From positions 1 through 24,068 of the forward strand of contig JBDTZG010000074.1 in NCBI GenBank assembly GCA_040005235.1: DNA of 24,068 bases. The letters run 5' to 3'. The notes under the pieces are model-generated. The model saw nothing but the letters and a program-made list of their open reading frames with translations. It did no database searches and was not told the origin of the DNA. A program made the translations under genes and the position numbers. The stretch comes from Acidobacteriota bacterium. GTDB taxonomy: Bacteria > Acidobacteriota > Thermoanaerobaculia > Multivoradales > UBA5704. Shown one piece after another: positions 1-5,711 of the stretch. Positions within the stretch are counted from its first letter, which is position 1. Each line of letters starts with the position of its first letter.

Positions 1-100
1 CACGGCCACCGGCGCGCCCAGGGTCGCCATTGCGGCTAACCGCGCCGGAAATGGGGCGCGGCGGGCGGCTTTCGCTGGAAAAATGGACACTGCGGTTCCA

Positions 101-287
101 GATAGCGGCTATCCGCGCTCGATAGCCGCTATCCTGGGCCGATAGCCGCTATCCTGGGCCGATAGCCGCTATACGTGACCGATAGCGGCTATCCGTGGCG
201 GCATAGCCGCTATGCACAGCCGATAGCGGCTATCCCCGACCGATAGCGGCTATCCGAGCCCGATAGCGGCTATCCGCGGCGACATAG
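101..287. repeat. Tandem array of 13-bp palindromes GATAGC(C/G)GCTATC with 7-8 nt variable spacers (left part: 9 full units plus start of unit 10)
   Basis: Units start at 101,121,141,161,181,202,222,242,262; unit 10 (CATAG at 283) is cut by the transposon. Period 20-21 bp. Confidence 0.95.
280..287 (+). repeat. Target site duplication, left copy (CGACATAG)
   Basis: Identical 8-mer at 5530-5537; each copy directly abuts a terminal inverted repeat. Confidence 0.92.
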
Positions 288-309
288 GGTAGTGGTAGCG
301 TTTCAATCC
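288..309 (+). repeat. Terminal inverted repeat downstream of transposase (GGTAGTGGTAGCGTTTCAATCC)
   Basis: 288-303 is the exact reverse complement of 5514-5529; similarity extends imperfectly through AATCC. Confidence 0.92.
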
Positions 310-1148
310 TTTGGATTTTCGAGCAAACCGACCAGGTCGGCGATCGACCAGCGGCGGGAGTCTACGCCCGCGGCTTGCACGGGAGTCTTCCCGCCGAGAC
401 TCGCGTGAGGACGGCAGAAGTTGTAGAAGAAAAAGTGAATCGCGACGTGCGCGGCGTGGTTCTCGACTTTCTTCGAAAAGGCGTTGGTCAGGCGCGTAAA
501 GCGACGGATCGACATCCGCATGGTGAGGTTCGAACGCTCGATGAACGAGGTCGAGATGTGCCGCTCGGCCGGATCGCCGACCACGGGCCGCTTCTCGCAT
601 CCCGTGCATTCCGCCGGGCTGTAGCGGGTTTCGGGGCCGGTCGGGGTGTTGGCGTAGCTCTTGACCAGCTGGGCGAAATCGACGTTACCGCCGAAGGCAT
701 CTTCAACCGCGATCGGGTACATGTTGTGGCCGTCCGTTGTGATCTGGGCGCGGCCCGAGAGACGGCTCGCGAGATCCTGCATCAGCTCGGTCGCGCATCC
801 GGCATCCCGCGAGCCCACCAAGAAAGACGGGACCAGCTTGGTGTCCGCGTCAATCGCGGCGAACGTCCAAACGTCGCCAAAGCCGAACGTGCCGCGCTTG
901 TCGGCGGGAACGTTCTTCGCCTTCGCGTAGCAGAAAGCCCAAATTTCGTCCACCTGGAGGCGCTCGCAATTGAGGTTCCGGAGTGTCTTGTCCTGGTAGC
1001 TGGCGCACGCGTCGCCGAGATCAACGAGCAGCCGGAGAATCGTGGTTTTCGCCACGCCGGTCATGCGAACGGTGGAATTGATCGAGTTGCCTTCGCACAG
1101 AGCGGCGACGACTGCGGTGCGCTTCGAGGACTTCAAGACGTTTGCCAT
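303..1148 (-). CDS. IS1-family DDE transposase (HTH + DDE in one ORF, 281 aa)
   Basis: N-terminal HTH (EGNSINSTVRMTGVAKTTILRLL); catalytic motifs QVDEIW, ITTDG, STSFIERSNLTMR; C-terminal RRFTRLTNAFSKK and YNFCRPH. Start moved from 1199 to ATG 1148 based on the promoter position. Confidence 0.92.
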   Translation of the reverse strand: MANVLKSSKRTAVVAALCEGNSINSTVRMTGVAKTTILRLLVDLGDACASYQDKTLRNLNCERLQVDEIWAFCYAKAKNVPADKRGTFGFGDVWTFAAIDADTKLVPSFLVGSRDAGCATELMQDLASRLSGRAQITTDGHNMYPIAVEDAFGGNVDFAQLVKSYANTPTGPETRYSPAECTGCEKRPVVGDPAERHISTSFIERSNLTMRMSIRRFTRLTNAFSKKVENHAAHVAIHFFFYNFCRPHASLGGKTPVQAAGVDSRRWSIADLVGLLENPKD

Positions 1149-1155
1149 ATGAAAC

Positions 1156-1184
1156 ATTGTACGTGACCGGTCTGGCAATGTCAA
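1156..1184 (-). promoter_or_regulatory. Sigma70-type promoter of the transposase, TTGACA-17 nt-TACAAT
   Basis: Minus-strand TTGACA at 1184-1179 and TACAAT at 1161-1156; ATG follows 7 nt later. Confidence 0.75.
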
Positions 1185-1208
1185 CACCTGGGTTGACATC
1201 GTGTCAAC
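1178..1208. promoter_or_regulatory. Overlapping inverted repeats (three TGTCAAC/GTTGACA half-sites), putative operator
   Basis: ATGTCAAC-6 nt-GTTGACAT (1178-1199) and GTTGACA-3 nt-TGTCAAC (1192-1208). Confidence 0.55.
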
Positions 1209-1337
1209 ATTCTTGGCGGACTGTTCGCGGACCCCGGGGCGTGGGTGCCGATACCAGGGTTCGCAAGGCGCGAACTAGGGTATTGACACCGAACCCAGAG
1301 TCGGCACAAGATGCGCTTGATTTAGAGATGGTCGAGT

Positions 1338-1521
1338 GGCGGTGCTCTTGAGTCTCAGGTGGGGACCAGGATCAAGAGCGACCGCCGGGGCCAGGGAAGG
1401 AAGGTGGACGCAAACCATGCAGTCACAATCACTAGCCGCCCCGTAGACGGGCGCAGGGGCCGGGAAACCGGTCCCTTTTGTGCCGCATGACTCACACCGA
1501 GGGGTAAAGGGTTACCTCTCG
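1338..1521 (+). ncRNA. Candidate structured RNA / long 5' leader
   Basis: Stems 1338-1351/1372-1386, 1416-1428/1478-1489, 1437-1443/1448-1453, 1456-1463/1468-1475 (GAAA loop) and 1498-1507/1512-1521; non-Watson-Crick pairs are G-U on the + strand. Confidence 0.5.
1455..1479 (+). terminator. Intrinsic terminator-like hairpin (possible attenuator)
   Basis: GGGGCCGG-GAAA-CCGGTCCC followed by TTTT. Confidence 0.5.
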
Positions 1522-1561
1522 ATCCGTTTTCATTCTAACGGTGTCCGCGGGAGGCGTCAAG

Positions 1562-2086
1562 ATGAGCGACATTGACTACGGCCCCGTGCTTGAAGATCTG
1601 CGAGCCCGGCGAGACGAGATCGACGCTGCGATAGCTGTGATTGAGAAGTTTTCTACCGGGCCCGGGGCCATCTCCGCCGCCGCGAGATTTTCTGTGGCGC
1701 CCGCCGTCGTCGAAAGCTTACCGGTTGAGGGCTCGCCGGTTCCTGTGCGAGTGGAATCCGACACGTTTTTCCGAATGAGCGCCAGCGAGGCCACGCAGAA
1801 GTACTTAAAGATGGTGAAAAAGCCTACCTCCCTAGTAGTGATCTGCCGAGCCCTGGAGGGGGGTGGCTACCTCACGTCCGCCAAAAACTTCTATTCGAAT
1901 TTGTACACAACCTTGATGAGGTCGAGCGCGTTTGTGCAGGTCAATAAGGATTGGGGGCTGGCGGAGTGGTACCCCGGGAAAAGAACCGACCCTAAGGTCA
2001 AACGTACCAACGGCGGGGGAGGCGCCGCGACCGAGGAGGCGCCTATGGCGGGGGGCGATCCGGTTACTTCGCCCACCGAGCCTTAG
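1562..2086 (+). CDS. Coiled-coil + winged-helix (HARE-HTH / RNA polymerase delta N-terminal-like) protein, 174 aa
   Basis: SD GGAGG at ~1550 before ATG 1562; N-terminal heptad helix LEDLRARRDEIDAAIAVIE; FVQVNKDWGLAEWYP resembles the wing motif of delta-subunit/HARE-HTH domains. Confidence 0.7.
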   Translation: MSDIDYGPVLEDLRARRDEIDAAIAVIEKFSTGPGAISAAARFSVAPAVVESLPVEGSPVPVRVESDTFFRMSASEATQKYLKMVKKPTSLVVICRALEGGGYLTSAKNFYSNLYTTLMRSSAFVQVNKDWGLAEWYPGKRTDPKVKRTNGGGGAATEEAPMAGGDPVTSPTEP

Positions 2087-2105
2087 CAGCCTTCGCCGCG
2101 CTCTC

Positions 2106-2132
2106 GCGGCGCTCCTCTGGGGTGAGCGCCGC
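2106..2132. terminator. GC-rich hairpin between convergent genes
   Basis: GCGGCGCTC (2106-2114) / GAGCGCCGC (2124-2132); no clear U-tract. Confidence 0.35.
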
Positions 2133-2184
2133 TGCTGTGGTATGCCCGCCCTTCAATCCGCCGCGAGCGCCGCCGCTTCGGGAT

Positions 2185-2685
2185 CTACTTGGCGTAGTTT
2201 TTTACCGAAAATCGAAGCTCGGCGAGCATGGTAGCCGTATCAATGCATCGAATATCAAAGGCCCTGGCGATCGTTGGTATCTTGATCTTCGATTTATTCG
2301 ATTTTTCGTTTTCTTGTGTAACTACAATCCCTCCGTCTGCTATCCCGTGGGCAATCAGCCATCCGTCCGCGCCTGACAGAAATAGCCTTGCCTGCTGGGG
2401 CTTGTAATTCTCTTGCGAGTAGGCCGCTATCGCGCCGTAGATTTCTTGAACCTCCCTGGATTCGTTCTTGCACAGCCCGGTCGTCTTTCTCGCCTTGCAC
2501 CACGCCGCCAGTTCGTCCTTGAAGCCAACCTTGGTGATTTCGTCGTATGCAAGTCTAGGCATCTGAATTCTTGAGGTCGCGAGGTGCTCTTCGATAAACA
2601 TCCAGAACTGCGGAACCATATCCAGCCGAAGCACGCCTCGCGACGCGTGGATCAATACCCCTGCATCGATCCAGTAATTGGGCAT
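2185..2685 (-). CDS. DUF4411 family PIN-like protein (putative RNase toxin)
   Basis: YWIDAGVLI N-terminus, YDEI, ADGWLIAHG, VVTQE and KIKIPTIA motifs; starts 4 nt after the peptidase stop codon. Confidence 0.85.
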   Translation of the reverse strand: MPNYWIDAGVLIHASRGVLRLDMVPQFWMFIEEHLATSRIQMPRLAYDEITKVGFKDELAAWCKARKTTGLCKNESREVQEIYGAIAAYSQENYKPQQARLFLSGADGWLIAHGIADGGIVVTQENEKSNKSKIKIPTIARAFDIRCIDTATMLAELRFSVKNYAK

Positions 2686-2689
2686 AGGG

Positions 2690-3850
2690 CTATCTCGACA
2701 TCTCCGCGAACTTCGCCAGCGTTGGCACGCTCAGGGAGAGTAGCTGGGCGCCGTGTGTCAGCAGCAGCGCTTTTCGATTCACTTCGCCCAGAACGGCGTT
2801 GGTGAAGCGAGCCCCCATTCGAGCCGTCACGTTTCGATAATAGTCGCCGCCGGACGATTTCTTGCCGTCGGAAATCTTCTTTAGTTCCGCGCTCCGCAAT
2901 TGATGAAACTCGATGTCAGATAACAAGTCGAGATCATGCGCCCTCCGAAGTACAACGAGGGTGCTCACCCAAAACCGCCTAGCTAAAGCACTGATCCTAG
3001 TTGCGCCGCGCTCGGAAGCCTCCCACCCATTCAAGAACTCACCTTGCGGAACCAGGGCTGTGGCCGCGACACGATTACAAAATGCTTCGACTGGATTGGC
3101 GCTCGGCTTCAGGGGGTCGGGGTTGGTGATTGCGCTCTGGTTAATCCATAGGTGTGCTAGTTCGTGGATAAGGGTAAAAATTTGAGCAGCCTTATAATCG
3201 GCGCTGTTGACGAACACTACCGGCGCGTAGGGGTCGGTAACGGCAAAGCCCTGCACTTCCTTGGGGGATATCTTGTATTGAGTGGTATTGCCTACGATGC
3301 TGCTTCTCATAACCAGAATGCCGCCGGTCTCTGCGTGACGGGTGATTGTGCTCAGGTATTCGCTCCAGCTTCCTACACCACTACGGAGATCCGCCGTAAG
3401 TCCCAGAGTGTTGCGAATGCTGGTCGCAACATCGGTTACTTTATCTTTCGATGTGAAGCTACCTATAAACTTTAGCTTTGCCAGGCGAGGGGAAGATTCG
3501 CGCAGGTGATCTCTGTACCAGTCCTGCCGAACCAAAACCTCATTCAAGAGCTGGAGGAATTCAACGCTCGGCGGATGATACCCGTGGCCAAGCGTGCGAA
3601 AATCAGGGATCGGTAAATCTTCTGCGGGCACCTCAGGAAGGAAGAGATACCCAAAGGGTAAATGCAGAGCCTTTGCGAGATCCTGGGCTTTCGCAAAGGG
3701 TGGCGGAATTCCTGCTTCCCAGCTTGCGATTTGCTCTGGATCTACCTTGACCTTAGAGGCAACGAGGGTCTTCGACTGCCCGCTAGCCTTGATGGCCCAG
3801 GTGAGAATCTCGGGGTTGATGAACGCAACGTCGGCGCTAGTTTTAGGCAT
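2690..3850 (-). CDS. Xre HTH + ImmA/IrrE (peptidase M78, COG2856) metallopeptidase, 386 aa
   Basis: INPEILTWA...IASWEAG...LAKALHLPFGYLFL HTH, PDFRT linker, FTLIHELAHLW HExxH, EAFCNRVAATALVP; AGGAGG SD supports ATG 3850 rather than 3946. Confidence 0.9.
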   Translation of the reverse strand: MPKTSADVAFINPEILTWAIKASGQSKTLVASKVKVDPEQIASWEAGIPPPFAKAQDLAKALHLPFGYLFLPEVPAEDLPIPDFRTLGHGYHPPSVEFLQLLNEVLVRQDWYRDHLRESSPRLAKLKFIGSFTSKDKVTDVATSIRNTLGLTADLRSGVGSWSEYLSTITRHAETGGILVMRSSIVGNTTQYKISPKEVQGFAVTDPYAPVVFVNSADYKAAQIFTLIHELAHLWINQSAITNPDPLKPSANPVEAFCNRVAATALVPQGEFLNGWEASERGATRISALARRFWVSTLVVLRRAHDLDLLSDIEFHQLRSAELKKISDGKKSSGGDYYRNVTARMGARFTNAVLGEVNRKALLLTHGAQLLSLSVPTLAKFAEMSR

Positions 3851-3964
3851 TCGACCTCCTCGTGATACAATTCGAGTAGGTCGTTCGCGCCGAGTGGGTC
3901 CAGCACTGGGAGCAACGGCAGGTGCTACGCGTTTTGTGTCGGCCATAGAACCGACCGCTTTTCC

Positions 3965-4243
3965 TTAAGCCTTCCTTCTACCTGCCCAGCGAGCCGCCGC
4001 CGCCTTGATAGCCGATTCGTGGCGCTCTAGCTGTGTAAGCTTTGCCGCCCTAGCTTTGCCGCCCTTTAGACCGCCCTTGCGGCCGAGCGCGACCGCGGCG
4101 GGGTCTTTTGCCTTGCCTGCTACCTGCTGAGGCGTTGACGTTCCTGTAAGCTCCGCAACGATTGCAAACGCGAGCGTGTTAGAGTCCCGCGGCCGTTTTG
4201 GGAGCGGGTCGGGGTGCTCGGGCTTCCGTGAGTGGTCAGGCAT
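3965..4243 (-). CDS. Small basic KGG-motif protein (often labelled histone H1-like), 92 aa
   Basis: KRPRDSNTLAFAIV and KDPAAVALGRKGGLKGGKARAAKLT...KAAAARW; extended -10 TGnTACCCT lies 6 nt before the ATG. Confidence 0.8.
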   Translation of the reverse strand: MPDHSRKPEHPDPLPKRPRDSNTLAFAIVAELTGTSTPQQVAGKAKDPAAVALGRKGGLKGGKARAAKLTQLERHESAIKAAAARWAGRRKA

Positions 4244-4290
4244 GGCCCTAGGGTAACACAGGGCGGCCCGTACAGGCGCCGCCCTTGGTG

Positions 4291-4737
4291 CTACACGCTC
4301 TCTTTCTCGTGACGTTGAACGATTCCCGCGGCGGATGCTTCATCGCGGGCGTAGGCGGGGGCCAGCTCGGCGGCAAGGGCTCGACACTGGCGCGCCGTCT
4401 TCAAGGTGGCGATCACCTTCCCGGTTGGCAGGTAGACCAGCGTCCGGGGCTCGATCCGCGCGGGACCCGCCGCGCTGCCCTGGTAGTAGCCGAAGGGAAC
4501 CGAGACCTTGCCCCAAACGTCGGGAAGCTCTCGGCCCCCGAGCAGGATGACGCGGAAGAACCCGCGCGACCAGTCGAGCGGCATCGGCAGACCGCCCCGA
4601 ACGATCGCGCGGAGCTGGGCATCCGCGGCATGGGCGAGCCAATGGCCGACGCTCGGGAAGGATTCGGCGCTCGCCACCCGCTTCCAGGCGATCGACTGCG
4701 GCATGGTGGCCCGAACGGTGAACGTCGCTACCTTCAT
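4291..4737 (-). CDS. Hypothetical protein with N-terminal ribbon-helix-helix-like segment, 148 aa
   Basis: ATG 4737 overlaps the upstream TGA (ATGA coupling); strand ATFTVRA followed by two amphipathic helices. Confidence 0.6.
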   Translation of the reverse strand: MKVATFTVRATMPQSIAWKRVASAESFPSVGHWLAHAADAQLRAIVRGGLPMPLDWSRGFFRVILLGGRELPDVWGKVSVPFGYYQGSAAGPARIEPRTLVYLPTGKVIATLKTARQCRALAAELAPAYARDEASAAGIVQRHEKESV

Positions 4738-4970
4738 GCGTCCGCTGCTTTGATCCATGGCACCAACGCCTTCGGGCGTTCGGTCGTCTTCACGAAGTAC
4801 AGGTTCACGTAGAGGGTTCCCAAGGCGTGAAGCCACGCCCCCACGTCCGCCCGGTGCTGGTGTGCTGCCAGGGCTTCGAATGCGCGTTGTTCGTCCGCGC
4901 TGGGGACCGTGACCGGGTAACACTTCGGCCCGGTCGGCACGATCGGCGTTTCCTTCGGCGGTCGCCCCAT
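4734..4970 (-). CDS. Small protein with GRPPK (AT-hook-like) start and RHH-like segment, 78 aa
   Basis: Starts 3 nt after the upstream stop and is coupled to the downstream gene; MGRPPK, YPVTV strand, two helices. Confidence 0.55.
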   Translation of the reverse strand: MGRPPKETPIVPTGPKCYPVTVPSADEQRAFEALAAHQHRADVGAWLHALGTLYVNLYFVKTTERPKALVPWIKAADA

Positions 4971-4973
4971 GGC

Positions 4974-5351
4974 CTAGGCCCCGACCGTCCGTTCGATCTG
5001 TTCGGCGATCCGCGCGGCTTCCGGAGCCTGAGACTCGGCAAGTTGGGAGAGCTTGACGCCTTTTCGATCCAGGCTCGCCTGTAGGTACTCCCGGCCGATC
5101 GCTTCGAGCTGGCCTTCAAGGAACCGGAAGTCCCCGGCAATGGCGAGCAACTCGCCTTCGGAGTCCGGCCCTTGGTCGCGATGCCACTCCCGACCGCATT
5201 CGAGCGCGCAGCCGTAGAGCAGGCGTCCGAGACGTTCCAAGGCGGTAGCGTCTTCGGGCTTGAACAGGCGGAGGAACGTGCCGCGAAACACGGCGAATTC
5301 CTCCCATTCGGCAGAGTGAAACGGCGGGATAGACTGCGGGCGGTCGGACAT
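4974..5351 (-). CDS. Hypothetical helical protein, 125 aa
   Basis: SD AAGGGAG upstream of ATG 5351; first gene of a tightly packed three-gene run. Confidence 0.65.
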   Translation of the reverse strand: MSDRPQSIPPFHSAEWEEFAVFRGTFLRLFKPEDATALERLGRLLYGCALECGREWHRDQGPDSEGELLAIAGDFRFLEGQLEAIGREYLQASLDRKGVKLSQLAESQAPEAARIAEQIERTVGA

Positions 5352-5415
5352 GGGGTTTCTCCCTTGTTCGGCTAGGTCCGTCGGGGTGTGCTGAGCACTC
5401 CGGCGGGCCGCTTCT
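5342..5415 (+). ncRNA. Candidate cis-antisense sRNA covering the RBS and start codon of the 125-aa gene
   Basis: -10-like TAGACT at 5330-5335; 14-bp stem 5375-5388/5396-5409 that is fully paired (3 G-U) only on the + strand. Ends are approximate. Confidence 0.45.
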
Positions 5416-5506
5416 GTAGGCATCGGAGATGGATTTCTCGCGCGCCCGGGAGGAAGTTACACCCGAAAACACGCCCTTTAACTCCATTCAATTACTTGGA
5501 TTTAGG

Positions 5507-5529
5507 GGATTTCAAACGCTACCACTACC
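5507..5529 (-). repeat. Terminal inverted repeat, cargo side (GGTAGTGGTAGCGTTTGAAATCC on minus strand)
   Basis: Reverse complement match to 288-309. Confidence 0.92.
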
Positions 5530-5537
5530 CGACATAG
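5530..5537 (+). repeat. Target site duplication, right copy (CGACATAG)
   Basis: Identical to 280-287. Confidence 0.92.
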
Positions 5538-5565
5538 CCGCTATCCACGGCCGATAGCCGCTATA
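5533..5565. repeat. Right part of the palindrome array (units 10 and 11)
   Basis: CATAGCCGCTATC (5533-5545), 7-nt spacer, GATAGCCGCTATA (5553-5565). Confidence 0.9.
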
Positions 5566-5711
5566 CGGAGGCGCAACTCAGCCCTCCACGACCGAGACCC
5601 GCTCTCCGGCGCCGATTGCCTTTCTCACGCACCGACAGCGGCGATCCGAGGCCGAGAAGCGGCTTTCCGCGCGGGATAGCGTGAGCGACGGCCGATACCG
5701 CTCCTACGCTT

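Larger units (their letters stand above)
288..5529 (-). mobile_element. IS1-family cargo-carrying transposon (transporter IS), 5,242 bp
   Basis: TIRs starting GGTAGTG (fits IS1-type GGnnnTG ends), 8-bp TSD, single IS1-type DDE transposase whose stop codon lies in one TIR, seven passenger ORFs; the central cargo is visibly more AT-rich than the host genes. Confidence 0.92.

Noticed and set aside
1-30. Possible minus-strand gene start (ATG at 30) running off the window
   Set aside because: Only ten codons are visible; it cannot be supported.
101-287. CRISPR array interpretation of the palindrome repeats
   Set aside because: Repeats of 13 bp and spacers of 7-8 nt are far too short, spacers resemble each other, and there are no cas genes in the window.
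1387-1446. tmRNA-like look (GGGGCC start, LAA-containing peptide)
   Set aside because: No tRNA-like domain, T-loop or CCA end, and the peptide ends in AAP rather than AA-stop.
2683-2694. CATAGGGCTATC resembling an array unit inside the element
   Set aside because: One-base deletion relative to the core, and it is explained by the adjacent stop and start codons; likely chance.
3851-3946. 32-aa N-terminal extension of the Xre-peptidase
   Set aside because: Low-complexity sequence; a perfect AGGAGG precedes ATG 3850.
5479-5505. AT-rich patch reminiscent of tyrosine-integrase arm sites or a dif site
   Set aside because: No integrase or tRNA nearby and no convincing XerC/XerD match; may simply be promoter or subterminal DNA.
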